Assembly (NCBI GenBank): GCA_963789785.1
Contig: CAWBNC010000031.1
Location: 76,041 to 140,040, forward strand
Direction: 5' to 3'
Length of the DNA: 64,000 nucleotides
Source of the DNA: an uncultured Alphaproteobacteria bacterium
GTDB lineage: Bacteria; Pseudomonadota; Alphaproteobacteria; Rhodospirillales; Defluviicoccaceae
In this document: positions 15,824 through 27,234 of the stretch, one piece after another
Layout of the letters: each line of letters starts with the position of its first letter
Position numbering within the stretch: the first letter of the stretch is position 1
The notes under the pieces: generated by a model
Seen by the model: only the letters and a program-made list of their open reading frames with translations
What the model was told of the DNA's origin: nothing
The model's database searches: none
Program-made: the position numbers and the translations under genes

Positions 15824-16490
15824 ATGCGCCTGCATGCGGACCTTGCCGAACGGGCCGTGAGTTTCGCCGACGAGGCGGAGTGGACGGCGTCGCCGATTTC
15901 CGGCGTCGAGCTGCGGATGCTCGAGCGCGACGGCGACGAGGCGGCGAGGGCGACCAGCATCGTCCGCTATCGGCCGAACACCCGGCTTAGGAGCCATGAG
16001 CACGCGCCGGGTGAGGAGATCCTGGTCCTGAACGGCGCATTCGCCGACGAAGCTGGTGCGTATTCGCGCGGGACCTACGTCCGCAACCCGCCGGGATCGG
16101 AATTCGAGTCGTGGAGCGAAGGCGGCTGTGTCCTTTTTGTCAAGCTGCGTCAGTTTCACCCCGACGATCGTGCGCGGGTCGTCGTCGATACCCACGCAGA
16201 GGAGTGGTTTCCCGGCCTGTCGCGGGGCATCGGCGTACTGCCGCTGCACGGCTTCGGCAGCGAGCGCGTCTCGCTGGTGCGTTATGCGCCCCAGAACTCG
16301 GTTTGCTCCCCATGATCATCCCGGCGGCGAGGAGATCCTGGTGGTGGACGGCGCCGTCGAGGACGAGGAGGGCCGCTACGCGGCCGGTTCCTGGCTGCGC
16401 AATCCGCCGTGCAGCCGGCATGCGCCGTTCAGCCTCGAAGGCTGCCTGCTTTATGTGAAGATCGGCCATCTTCCGGCGGTCGTCGCATAA
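15824..16490 (+). pseudogene. bicupin (ChrR-like cupin domains), one +1 frame break in a C4 homopolymer
   Basis: The first cupin reads SIVRYRPNTRLRSHEHAPGEEILVLNG. The second reads SLVRYAP|[20 protein letters not shown] once one C is dropped from CCCC at 16289-16292. The pieces are 15824..16315 and 16056..16490. Confidence 0.7.
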
Positions 16491-16726
16491 GCCGGACGTG
16501 CAGAGGTGGCCGCCCGTCGCAGATGCTTTCCAAAGAGCGGGACGTAGACGGGACAGATCGTGTGCTAGCTAAAGGCCGCGGGCCGTCGCCGCTTGTCACC
16601 ACTGCGGACGGGGTCTATAAGGCCGCGTCCCTGCGGCAGGCGCACGCTTGGCGCCGGTGGACACAAGCACCGCCTGACGGGGCTTGCACGAGCGGATTTC
16701 CAATTGATCGCAAGAAAAAGGGGACT

Positions 16727-17155
16727 ATGGCCATGGCCGCGGAACGGACGCTGTCCATCATCAAGCCCGACGCGACGGCGCGCAATGTGACCGGAAAGAT
16801 CATCGCCATGTTCGAAGAGGGCGGATTGCGGGTGGTCGCGCAAAAGCGGCTGCACCTGACAAAGGCGATGGCCGAGCAGTTCTACGCCGTGCATGCCGAG
16901 CGCTCATTTTATGAAGAGCTGGTGGAATACATGATGTCGGGACCGGTGGTCGCGCAGGTTCTCGAAGGCGAGAACGCCATCGCGCGCAACCGCGAGATCA
17001 TGGGGGCGACCAACCCGGCCAGTGCCGTCGGGGGGACCGTGCGCCACGCCTTCGGCCAGAACGTGCAGGAAAACGCCGTACACGGGTCGGACTCGCCGGA
17101 AAACGCGGCGAACGAGATCAGCTTTTTCTTCAGCGATATCGAGATCGTCGGCTAA
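16727..17155 (+). CDS. ndk: nucleoside diphosphate kinase
   Basis: In-frame ATG at 16727. [16 protein letters not shown]..., the active-site region [20 protein letters not shown], and a length of about 142 aa fit Ndk. Confidence 0.95.
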   Translation: MAMAAERTLSIIKPDATARNVTGKIIAMFEEGGLRVVAQKRLHLTKAMAEQFYAVHAERSFYEELVEYMMSGPVVAQVLEGENAIARNREIMGATNPASAVGGTVRHAFGQNVQENAVHGSDSPENAANEISFFFSDIEIVG

Positions 17156-17184
17156 GGCGCTTCCTGCGTTACACCCGCGGCGGC

Positions 17185-17840
17185 TTATCCCCGCGGGTTG
17201 GTCAGCGACACTTCGTCATGGGCCGCGCCGAGAACGCAAACGCGGGCGCCCACGACGCGCACCCGCGCCTCGGCGATCAGGCGGACAGCCAGCGGGTAGA
17301 TCCGGTGTTCCTCGCTGAGAACCCGGGCTGCGAGGCTGTCGGGATCGTCATCGTCGAAAACGGGAACGACGGCCTGGACGATGATCGGCCCGTCGTCCAT
17401 GGCCGGGCGCACGAAGTGCACGGTGCAGCCGCTGAAGCGGGCTCCGTACGCGAGGACCTGCTCGTGCACGTGCAAACCGCGGAAGGCCGGAAGCAGCGAC
17501 GGGTGGATGTTGATCAGGCGGTCCCACCAGGTCTCGACGAACGCGCCGGTGAGCAGCCGCATGAAGCCGGCAAGACAGACAAGGTGGCAGTCTGACGCGC
17601 GCAGCGTTTCGGTGAGCGCCCGCTCGAACGCTTCGCGCGAGGGGTAGGCTGTGTGCTCGACCACCCGGGTCGCAAGACCTGCCGCCGCCGCCCGCTCGAG
17701 GCCGTAGGCGCCCGCGATGTTGGAGATGACGAGCACGATCTCGGCGGGGTAATCGGACTGGTCCGCCGCCTCGATGAGCGCCTGCAGGTTGCTGCCGCGG
17801 CCGGAAATCAGCACCCCGATCCGAAGTCTCGGCCCACCCG

Positions 17841-17853
<13 letters not shown>
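17185..17853 (-). CDS. purN: phosphoribosylglycinamide formyltransferase
   Basis: 222-aa ORF with [17 protein letters not shown] and [13 protein letters not shown] motifs. It overlaps the purM stop by 13 nt. Confidence 0.95.
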
Positions 17854-18967
<1,114 letters not shown>

Positions 18968-18968
<1 letters not shown>

Positions 18969-20126
18969 TGACCGATCGGCGCAGATCGCCGGCCCGCCGG
19001 CCAGCCCTTCTCGCCTGTCTTGCGATTGCCTCTCTTGCGGTCGTTTTGGCCGCGACAAAGGTTGCCGCTCAGGATCCGGCGATCCGCGGATCCGACGGGC
19101 GCGCAGGTGGGGCTGTTCGAGGTTCGCGGCGTCGCGGTCGACGTGACGGCGGCAACCGCCGCGGCCGCGCGCGAACAGGCCATGACCAAGGGCGCGCGTG
19201 ACGCCTTCTGGCAGGTCATCGACCGGATGACGCTGTCGTCGGATCGGGCCAAGGTCGGCAAGGTTTCCGATGCCCAGATCGAGACGATGATCAAGGATTT
19301 CTCGGTGGCCGATGAGAAGTACTCGTCGGTTCGCTACCTCGCGACGCTCAACTACATGTTTAAGGAAGAGGAGGTCCGCCGCCTGCTGGCGCAAAAAGGC
19401 GTGCCTTACGCGGTGACCAGGGCGAAGACGCTCGTCGTCCTTCCGGTGTTGCGCAGCGACGGCTCGCTGGTTCTTTGGGAGGAGCCCAATCCGTGGCTGG
19501 CGGCCTGGCGCTCACTGCCCGGCGGGCAGCTCGTGCCGGTGATGATTCCGCTGGGCGACGCCGCTGACATGGCCGCCATCGACGCCGAACAGGCCGCCGT
19601 CGGCGATGCGGGCCGGATGCGTGAGATCGCCCTGCACTATGGCACGCTCGACGCTCTGGTGCCTTTTGCCGTTCTGAGTCCCGACAGCGGATCCGGTACG
19701 ACCGAACTCGCCGTTGCCCTGACCCTTTACGACGCGGACAAGGCGCGCAAGGGGCCGACCCGCCGCTACAACTCCGCCGAGGGAGAAAGCGTCGAGGACA
19801 TGCTCGCCCGCGCGGCGGAATCGACCATGACCGAGGTGCAGAACCAGTGGAAGCGCGAGAACGTTTTGGTCGCGTCGCAGGCGGCGGTCGAGTCGGTCGC
19901 CGTGCCGATTTCGAGCCTCGATGACTGGCTGAGCGTGCGTCGCCGCCTGGAGGGCGTTGAGACCATCGAGAAGACGGACGTCGTTCTGCTGACGCGCTCC
20001 CACGCTCTCATCAACATTTATCACTACGGCACGACCGAGCAGCTCGGCCTCGCCCTGGAGCAGGCCGATCTCATCCTCCGGCAGGGCGCGGAGGGTCTTG
20101 TGCTGACCTCGCGGCCGCGCTCCTGA
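18968..20126 (+). pseudogene. secreted conserved hypothetical protein (DUF2066-like), one +1 frame break after the signal peptide
   Basis: The signal piece [35 protein letters not shown] (frame of ORF 18923..19201) joins ORF 19020..20126 ([13 protein letters not shown]...) near 19085-19100. The family name is recalled from its conserved position between purM and perM/hda and is not verified. Confidence 0.55.
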
Positions 20127-20136
20127 GGCCGAGCCC

Positions 20137-21261
20137 ATGAGCATCGAGCGGCGCCAGCTGATCTGGCTCGCCATCACCCTCATCGGCGCCGTTCTGGTCT
20201 ACGAGTTGCGCGGCGCCCTGCCGCCATTCATCGCCGGCATGGCCGTCGCCTACCTGCTCGACCCGCTGGCCGATCGGCTGGAGGCCGTGGGGTGCCCGCG
20301 CACCGTCGCCGTTCTGATCATTCTCGGCTCCTTCCTCGCCATCTTGGTCGCCGCCGCCGTTCTTCTCTTTCCCGTCCTTCAGGTCCAGGTCGTCGAGCTC
20401 GTTGCGCGCCTGCCCGGATACATCCAGAAGGGCCGCGACGCCATCATGCCGATGTTCGAGCGGCTTCAGGCGTCGCTGTCGCAGGACGAGGTCGAGCGCC
20501 TGCGTTCGGCCGTCGGCAATGTCGCCGGCGATGTGGTCGGTTGGTTGGGACAGATTGTCGGCGGACTGTGGAGCGGCGGGCTCGCCATCTTCAACGCCCT
20601 GTCGCTCGTCGTCATCATGCCGGTGGTGGCCTTCTATCTGCTCCGCGACTGGGACCGGATCGTCGCCCACGTCGACAGCCTGCTGCCGCGCGACGGCGCC
20701 GATACAATCCGCGAGCAGGTCGGCGAGATCGATAACAGACTGTCGGGTTTCGTCCGCGGGCAGGCTTCGGTCTGCCTCGCGCTCGGAACCTGGTACGCGG
20801 TGGGGCTCACCCTCGTCGGTCTCGACTTCGGGGTGCTGGTCGGGGTCGGCGCCGGGCTGATCTCGTTCGTGCCCTACCTGGGCACGGCGCTCGGCCTGAT
20901 CGTCGGCCTGGGCCTCGCCCTTGCCCAGTTCAACAGCTGGCTGCCGATCGGTCTGGTCGCGGCGGTGTTCGCCACCGGGCAGATCCTCGAGGGTTATGTT
21001 CTGACGCCGCGGCTGGTCGGTCAGCGGGTCGGGCTGCATCCCGTCTGGGTGCTGTTCGCGCTGATGGCGGGCGGTGCCCTACTCGGCTTCACCGGCGTTC
21101 TGCTGGCGGTGCCGGCAGCGGCGATCATCGGCGTCCTGGTGCGCTTCGCCATCGCGCGCTACCTGCAGAGCCCGCTCTATCGCAGCCGGAGCGGCGAGCA
21201 TGCGGGAGGCGGGGCTTCCGCCGATGCGACGCCGGCGGAGGCGGTCGACGGCCGTGAATGA
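20137..21261 (+). CDS. AI-2E family transporter (PerM-like permease)
   Basis: 374-aa polytopic ORF. The motifs LSGFVRGQ, ISFVPYLG and LTPRLVGQRVGLHPVWVLFAL are typical of the family. Confidence 0.85.
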   Translation: MSIERRQLIWLAITLIGAVLVYELRGALPPFIAGMAVAYLLDPLADRLEAVGCPRTVAVLIILGSFLAILVAAAVLLFPVLQVQVVELVARLPGYIQKGRDAIMPMFERLQASLSQDEVERLRSAVGNVAGDVVGWLGQIVGGLWSGGLAIFNALSLVVIMPVVAFYLLRDWDRIVAHVDSLLPRDGADTIREQVGEIDNRLSGFVRGQASVCLALGTWYAVGLTLVGLDFGVLVGVGAGLISFVPYLGTALGLIVGLGLALAQFNSWLPIGLVAAVFATGQILEGYVLTPRLVGQRVGLHPVWVLFALMAGGALLGFTGVLLAVPAAAIIGVLVRFAIARYLQSPLYRSRSGEHAGGGASADATPAEAVDGRE

Positions 21262-21952
21262 CGGCGGCCAGCTTCTTCTCGCCTTCGCCCATGAGCCGGC
21301 CATGGCTGGCTCCGACTTTCTCGTTGCCGCGAGCAACGCCGACGCGGTGGCCTGGCTGCGTCGCTGGCCGGACTGGCCGACGGCGGCGCTGGTTCTGCAT
21401 GGGCCGCCAGGGTGCGGCAAGACCCATCTCGCCCGGGTCTTCGCCGAAGACAGCGGGGCCGCCCTGCTCCGTCCCGAAAACCTTGTGGGAGGCGACCCGC
21501 TCTCCCTCTTCGAAGGCGCACCGGCGGCCGTGGTTGACGATGCCGATCAGTGTCTCTGCCTGGCAGGCGACGAGGCGGCGCTGCTGCACCTCGTCAACGC
21601 CGCGGCGGAGATGGAGCGCAAGGTGCTGCTGACGGGGGGCGAGCCATCGGCGCGCTGGCCGCTTGCGTTGGACGACCTCGCCTCGCGGCTGAACGCGGCG
21701 TGCACCGTTGGCATTGACGAGCCGGACGATGCCCTGATGCGCGCGGTCATGGGCAAGCTCTTTCTCGACCGCCAGCTTCGCGTCGGCGACGACGTATTGA
21801 GCTACCTCCTCGCCCGGATGGAGCGGTCGCTCGCCGCCGCTCGTCGTCTCGTCGAGCAAATCGACGCGGCTGCGCTGGCGCAGCGGCGGGCAGTAACGAT
21901 TCCGCTGGCGCGCGCGGTTCTCGTCGGGAGCAGGGCAGGCAGCGGGCAGTAG
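21254..21952 (+). CDS. hdaA: DnaA regulatory inactivator Hda-like AAA+ protein
   Basis: In-frame GTG at 21254 overlaps the upstream stop. Features are Walker A GPPGCGKTHL, a Walker B-like VVDDAD, and the sensor region LASRL...I..PDD. Confidence 0.75.
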   Translation: MNDGGQLLLAFAHEPAMAGSDFLVAASNADAVAWLRRWPDWPTAALVLHGPPGCGKTHLARVFAEDSGAALLRPENLVGGDPLSLFEGAPAAVVDDADQCLCLAGDEAALLHLVNAAAEMERKVLLTGGEPSARWPLALDDLASRLNAACTVGIDEPDDALMRAVMGKLFLDRQLRVGDDVLSYLLARMERSLAAARRLVEQIDAAALAQRRAVTIPLARAVLVGSRAGSGQ

Positions 21953-21998
21953 GTCCGTGCGAGCGTAGCCGTAACCCCAAGCTGCGATGCCCGACGGC

Positions 21999-23945
21999 TC
22001 AGCGCGGCTCGGGCTCTGTCGTTGCGGCGGGCGTGGGTCGAGAAGCGCCGGCGCTGCCGCGATCCGCCGGCTTCGCCTTCGGCAGCTCGAGGCGGATGTT
22101 GAGTTCCTTCAGCCGCGCCGCGTCGACTTCGGCGGGGGCGCCCATCAGCAGATCCTGGGCCTGCTGGTTCATGGGGAAGGCGATGATCTCGCGGATGTTG
22201 GGCTCGTCGGCCAGCATCATGACGATCCGGTCGATCCCTGGCGCGCAGCCGCCGTGAGGCGGGGCGCCGTAGCGGAAGGCGTTGAACAGGCCGCCGAAGC
22301 GGCGGCGGACCTCGTCCTCGCCGTACCCGGCAATGGCGAAGGCCCTGATCATGATATCGGGCCGATGGTTGCGGATCGCGCCGCTCGACAGCTCGATTCC
22401 GTTGCAAACGATGTCGTACTGGTAGGCCTTGATGTCGAGCGGATCTATGCCGTTGAGCGCATCAAGACCGCCCTGCGGCATCGAGAACGGGTTGTGGCTG
22501 AACTCGATCTGGCCGGTGTCCTCGTTCCGCTCATAGGCCGGATAGTCGACGATCCAGACGAAGCGGAAGGCATCGACTTCGCGCAGGCCCAGCTCATCGC
22601 AGATCCGCTCGCGGACGGCAGCGGCGAAGCGCTGCGCCTTCGCCTTCTCAGCGCTGACGAAGAACACCGCATCGCCCTCGCCGTAGACGCAGGGCGGCAG
22701 GCCGAGGCCGTCGGCCGCCTGGCGCGCGGCATCGTTAACCGCTGTCAGGATCGCCTCGAGACGCGCATCGTCCAGATGCTTGGCGATCGGCCCCTTGGCC
22801 GCGGGCGATTGCGCGCCTGCCCCGTTGCCGTCCGCCACCGAAACGGTCCGTCCAGCGAAGATGACATAGCCGAGGCCGCTGGCGCCTTCGTCGCGGGCCC
22901 AGGCGTTCAGGCCGTCGAAAAAGCTGCGCGGTCTGGCCGCGGCGCCGGGCGCGGGGATGGCGATGACGACGTTGCCCGCCTCCACCGCACGGGCAAACAG
23001 GCCGAACCCCGAGCCGCGGAAGGCCTCGCCGACGTCGGCCATGACCAGCGGGTTGCGCAGGTCCGGCTTGTCATTGCCGAACCATTCCAAGCTGGCGTCG
23101 TAGGGGATGCGCGCAAAGGGCAACCCCGTCACCGTCCGGCCGCCGCCGAACTCGACGAATACGTCGTGGAGGATCGGCTCGATGGCGGCGAAGACGTCGT
23201 CCTGGGTGGCGAACGCCATCTCGAAATCGAGCTGGTAGAATTCGCCGGGCGAACGGTCGGCGCGGGCGTCCTCGTCGCGGAAGCACGGCGCGATCTGGAA
23301 GTAACGGTCGAAGCCGGAGGCCATCAGGAGCTGCTTGAACTGTTGCGGCGCCTGCGGCAGGGCGTAGAACTTGCCCGGATGCTGGCGGCTGGGGACAAGA
23401 TAGTCGCGCGCGCCTTCGGGCGAGCTCGCTGTCAGGATCGGCGTCTGAAACTCGACGAAGCCGGCGTCGACCATCCGCCGGCGGATCGAGGCGATGACCG
23501 CGCTGCGCAGGGTGATGTTGCGATGCGGCCGCTCGCGGCGAAGATCGAGGAACCGATAGCGCAGCCGCGTCTCCTCGCCGTAGTCGGCGTCGCCGGAGAC
23601 CTGCAGCGGGAGGATGTCGGCCGGTGCCTCGACCTTCAGGTCATCGATCGCGAACTCGATCTCGCCGGTGGCGACGGCGGGATTGACCGTCTCCGGAGAG
23701 CGGGCGACAACTCTACCGGTGACGGTAAGGACGCTCTCCGGCCTGGCCTCGGTGGCGTCGAGGAAGAACCCGCTCGAGGCGTCGATGACGCACTGAGTCA
23801 CGCCGTAGTGGTCGCGCAGATCGATGAACAGCAGGTTGCCGTGATCGCGTTTGCGGTGGACCCAGCCCGACAGCCGGGCTTCGATCCCCGCGTGCGAAAG
23901 CCGGAGCTCATTGCAGGTGTGGGTGCGGAATGGATGCATGGACAT
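21999..23945 (-). CDS. aspS: aspartate--tRNA ligase
   Basis: 648-aa ORF with an OB-fold N-terminus ([24 protein letters not shown]) and class II motifs ([14 protein letters not shown]-like, GGLDRIVMML-like GIDRIVMML). It has a longer insertion domain and C-terminal tail than I expect for the family. Confidence 0.97.
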   Translation of the reverse strand: MSMHPFRTHTCNELRLSHAGIEARLSGWVHRKRDHGNLLFIDLRDHYGVTQCVIDASSGFFLDATEARPESVLTVTGRVVARSPETVNPAVATGEIEFAIDDLKVEAPADILPLQVSGDADYGEETRLRYRFLDLRRERPHRNITLRSAVIASIRRRMVDAGFVEFQTPILTASSPEGARDYLVPSRQHPGKFYALPQAPQQFKQLLMASGFDRYFQIAPCFRDEDARADRSPGEFYQLDFEMAFATQDDVFAAIEPILHDVFVEFGGGRTVTGLPFARIPYDASLEWFGNDKPDLRNPLVMADVGEAFRGSGFGLFARAVEAGNVVIAIPAPGAAARPRSFFDGLNAWARDEGASGLGYVIFAGRTVSVADGNGAGAQSPAAKGPIAKHLDDARLEAILTAVNDAARQAADGLGLPPCVYGEGDAVFFVSAEKAKAQRFAAAVRERICDELGLREVDAFRFVWIVDYPAYERNEDTGQIEFSHNPFSMPQGGLDALNGIDPLDIKAYQYDIVCNGIELSSGAIRNHRPDIMIRAFAIAGYGEDEVRRRFGGLFNAFRYGAPPHGGCAPGIDRIVMMLADEPNIREIIAFPMNQQAQDLLMGAPAEVDAARLKELNIRLELPKAKPADRGSAGASRPTPAATTEPEPR

Positions 23946-24206
23946 TCAGGCGGCTGTGGCAACGCCGCGATCCGTGGCGGCGCCTTGCGGGCGGGCGCGT
24001 TCACCGGTGGTCTGGCGCGGGGAATACCAGGCAGCGCGACAGGGATTCCGACCGAAGACGCGAAGGGCGGCGGCTCGCGGGCCGGCGAGCGCCCACAGAA
24101 CGACACGGAAGGCCCATGTTTGTCAAGCCCATGACGGACGGTTGCCACGTCACGGCGGGCAGAGGTTGCTTTGCGTTCCGGGCAAATGCCGCTATAGGCT
24201 GCAGCG

Positions 24207-25358
24207 ATGCAGCTGATCACCGATACCGACGCCCTGCGCGGCTTTTGCGATGCCATTGCCGACAGTCCCTTCATCGCCGTGGACACCGAGTTCATGCGCG
24301 AGCGCACATTCTGGCCGAAACTGTGCCTGGTCCAGGTCGCCGGCCCCGAGGCGGCGGCGGCCGTCGATCCGCTCGCCGACGGCATCGATCTCGGCCCGCT
24401 TCTGGCGGTTCTTACCGCTCCCGACGTGGTCAAGGTGTTCCACGCGGCGCGACAGGATCTCGAGATCTTCTACCAGCTGATGGGCCGGCTTCCGGCCCCG
24501 GTTTTCGACACCCAGGTCGCCGCCATGGTCTGCGGTTTCGGCGACCAGGTCGGCTACGAAACCCTGGCGGCCAAGCTCGCCAAGGCGAAGCTCGACAAGG
24601 CCTCGCGGTTCACCGACTGGTCGGTGCGGCCGTTGAGCCAGCGACAGATCGAGTATGCGCTCAGCGATGTCACCTACCTCCGCGAGATCTACCGCAAGCT
24701 GAAGCGCAAGCTGGAGACGAGCCGGCGCAGCGACTGGCTCGGCGAGGAAATGGCGACCCTGACCGATCCGGCGATCTACCGGACCGAGCCGATGGATGCC
24801 TACCGCCGGCTCAAGACACGCGCCGTCAATGGCCGCTTCCTGGCCATCCTGCGCGAGGTCGCGGCCTGGCGCGAACGCGAGGCGCAGCATCGCGATGCGC
24901 CTCGGGCCTGGGTTCTGCGCGACGAGGCGATCATGGAGATTGCCCATCACGAGCCGACGACGATGGAGGCGCTGGCGCTGACCCGCGGTCTTGGGCGGAA
25001 ATTCGCCGAGGGCCAATCGGGCCAGCAGGTGCTGGCCGCGGTTCGTCGCGGCCTGGACCTGCCCGAGAAGGATCTGCCCGTCGCGATCGCCCGGCGCGAG
25101 CCGCCGCGCGGCGCCGGTCCCGTCGCCGACCTGCTCAAGGTGCTGCTCAAGCTGAAGTGCGAGCAGGAGGACGTGGCGCAGAAGCTGGTCGCTTCGGCCG
25201 AAGATCTCGAGGCGCTGGCGGCATTTGGCGAGGCCGCGGAGGTGGCGGCTTTGCACGGCTGGCGCCGGTCGCTGTTCGGCGAAGCCGCGCTGCGGCTGCG
25301 CGACGGCCGGATCGCGCTCGCCGTTCGCGCCGGCAAGCTCGCCGTCATCGAGGTTTGA
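24207..25358 (+). CDS. rnd: ribonuclease D
   Basis: 383-aa ORF with a DEDDy exonuclease N-terminus (IAVDTEFMRERTFWPKLCLVQV, ALSDVTYL) and an HRDC region. Confidence 0.93.
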   Translation: MQLITDTDALRGFCDAIADSPFIAVDTEFMRERTFWPKLCLVQVAGPEAAAAVDPLADGIDLGPLLAVLTAPDVVKVFHAARQDLEIFYQLMGRLPAPVFDTQVAAMVCGFGDQVGYETLAAKLAKAKLDKASRFTDWSVRPLSQRQIEYALSDVTYLREIYRKLKRKLETSRRSDWLGEEMATLTDPAIYRTEPMDAYRRLKTRAVNGRFLAILREVAAWREREAQHRDAPRAWVLRDEAIMEIAHHEPTTMEALALTRGLGRKFAEGQSGQQVLAAVRRGLDLPEKDLPVAIARREPPRGAGPVADLLKVLLKLKCEQEDVAQKLVASAEDLEALAAFGEAAEVAALHGWRRSLFGEAALRLRDGRIALAVRAGKLAVIEV

Positions 25359-25542
25359 GGTTCGTCGACGGCACAGGCCGTTCCTTCCCGTCACGGCCGT
25401 GCTTGTCACGGCCATCCAAGCCTCAATTGTCAAGACGTGGATCCGTGCAACAAGTGCGCGGATGACGAGCGAAAGCGGGGCAGCACAAGTACCCTATGTC
25501 TGATGGACCTTGATGGGCGTTACGCGCGGCCCTTCCGCTGGC

Positions 25543-27093
25543 TCAGGAGGGCGCCTCGGCCGCCTCGGCGTGTTCGACCATCTGCGGCTTGAGGGCCATG
25601 CAGCGGGCGAGGCGGTTCAGCCGCCGCTCGACCGCGCCGCTCATGAACACCGCGCCGTTCCGGGGGATCCGCAGACTGAGGCGCTTCTCGTCCATCGCCA
25701 GAGCGGTCTGACGGAGCAAACCGGGCGCACCGCCCGACAGGGTGTGCGCCAGCCGCAGGGCAAGGCCGATGATCTGTGCGCGCATCGTCCGGGCCTGGTC
25801 GAGAAGGCTCAGGTGCCGGGCCACCCACGGGTCCGCGGCGGTTCCGCCGTAACGGACAAAGATTGCCAACGCCATCTCGACGCGGTCGGGATGGGTCAGG
25901 CCCGGGTACGGCACGCGCAGGACGCGGAAGAAGGCATGGATGGCGCGATAGTCCGGATGCTCGCTCCAGCCGATGTCGCTGACGAGGCAGATCGCGAGGC
26001 GCAGGCGCCGCTCCCAGGCGGTCTCGGCAGCGAACAGCGGCGCCATCCAGTCGAGGATCTCCTGGCCATGAATGGCGAATCGCCCCGTGCGCTCGGCGTG
26101 GGACTCGCAGGCGCTGATCAGCGGATCCTGGCGACGCAGGCCCGGCGGCAGAAGCTCGATCATCTGCCCTTCGCGCATCCCGAAGGCGGAGAAGACGACC
26201 GTCGCCGGACGCGCCCGCTCAAGCAGCACCGCCAGTGTCAGGGCCGCGTAGGGCAGGGTCTCGAGCCGCTTCTGATCGATGCTGCCCCCTACGGCGAGGG
26301 TTTTCTGGCTCAGCCCGGCAACCAGATTGGCGAGGCGAAGGGCGTCGAAGAAGCCGAGCTCGTAATTGTCGATGACATGCAGGGGGTGGTGCGTCTGCTC
26401 GATAAAAATCCGCGCCAGCGCCCGCCATGAACCGCCGACGGCGTAAAGGCGCCGCCCGTTCGTTTCGTCGAGCCAGCCGATCCGGGCCAGATCGTCTTCG
26501 ACGATGGCGCGGGCCGTCTCCATGTCGCCATTCGCCCGTTCCGGCAGGCGCAGATGACCGAGCGGCAGGGTCGCGTAGGTGCCCACCTCCCCCGCCGCGA
26601 GGCTGACCAGGTCGAGGCTGCCGCCGCCGAGATCGCCCAGCACGCCGTCGGCCACGGGAACGCCGTTGACGAGTCCGACGGCGGCGAGCCGGGCCTCTTC
26701 GGCGCCGCTCAGCACGTGCACGGGTACCGCGCATTCGCTCTCGACGCGGCGGACAAATTCCGAACCATCGCTCGCATCGCGGACCGCGGCGGTTCCGACG
26801 AGTTCGAGATGGCTGACGTCCATGGCGTGGGCGAGTTTGACGAAGCGCACCAGGCTGCGCATCGCCTCGGCGATCCCTTTGGGGTTGAGCCTGCCGGTCT
26901 CGCCCATGCCAAGCCCAAGGGCGCACTGACTTTTCTCGTTGAAGATGGGGATCGGTAAGCGGTTGGGCAGATCGTAAACGACCAGCCGGACCGTGTTGGA
27001 GCCGATGTCGACAACTCCGATACGCCCCGGTTGCGCCGCGACGGCCGCGCCTGCTGGTTCGTGGTCCTGCTCTTGTCGCTTGCCGTCGCCCAT
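25543..27093 (-). CDS. ppx: exopolyphosphatase (Ppx/GppA family)
   Basis: 516-aa ORF with the ASKHA-fold N-terminus VVDIGSNTVRLVVYD, then DLGGGSLDL, and a C-terminal HD-like helical domain. Confidence 0.9.
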   Translation of the reverse strand: MGDGKRQEQDHEPAGAAVAAQPGRIGVVDIGSNTVRLVVYDLPNRLPIPIFNEKSQCALGLGMGETGRLNPKGIAEAMRSLVRFVKLAHAMDVSHLELVGTAAVRDASDGSEFVRRVESECAVPVHVLSGAEEARLAAVGLVNGVPVADGVLGDLGGGSLDLVSLAAGEVGTYATLPLGHLRLPERANGDMETARAIVEDDLARIGWLDETNGRRLYAVGGSWRALARIFIEQTHHPLHVIDNYELGFFDALRLANLVAGLSQKTLAVGGSIDQKRLETLPYAALTLAVLLERARPATVVFSAFGMREGQMIELLPPGLRRQDPLISACESHAERTGRFAIHGQEILDWMAPLFAAETAWERRLRLAICLVSDIGWSEHPDYRAIHAFFRVLRVPYPGLTHPDRVEMALAIFVRYGGTAADPWVARHLSLLDQARTMRAQIIGLALRLAHTLSGGAPGLLRQTALAMDEKRLSLRIPRNGAVFMSGAVERRLNRLARCMALKPQMVEHAEAAEAPS

Positions 27094-27234
27094 GGCTCGC
27101 CTGATATTGGCTGGGTGCGCCGATCGCCGGCCCCGCCGACGTGCAGGGCGTGGTCAGGAAAATGATGCCGCCGGTGCGATGTCCCTTTTTCCCCGGCGTC
27201 ATGTAGCACAGCGGGACGGGGAGGACGGGAGAAA

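Noticed and set aside
15647-16249. 200-aa minus-strand ORF between the DJ-1 and cupin genes.
   Set aside because: Most of it is antisense shadow of the bicupin gene. Only the last ~25 codons look like a real membrane-protein C-terminus, and these are mentioned as a remnant in the islet finding rather than called as a gene.
17174-17197. 7-bp hairpin CCCGCGG/CCGCGGG between convergent ndk and purN, considered as a bidirectional terminator.
   Set aside because: The stem encloses the purN stop codon and last codons, and there is no T-tract on either side. It is too weak to report as a feature.
23930-25465. 511-aa ORF overlapping rnd in another frame.
   Set aside because: The rnd frame carries clear RNase D motifs. 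The overlapping frame translates to Arg/Gly/Pro-rich repeats with no protein-like pattern.
27094-27234. Possible Pho box in the ppx/PPK2 divergent control region.
   Set aside because: Only isolated GTCAT-like pentamers are present. I could not find a direct-repeat pair with the expected spacing, so there is not enough to call a site.
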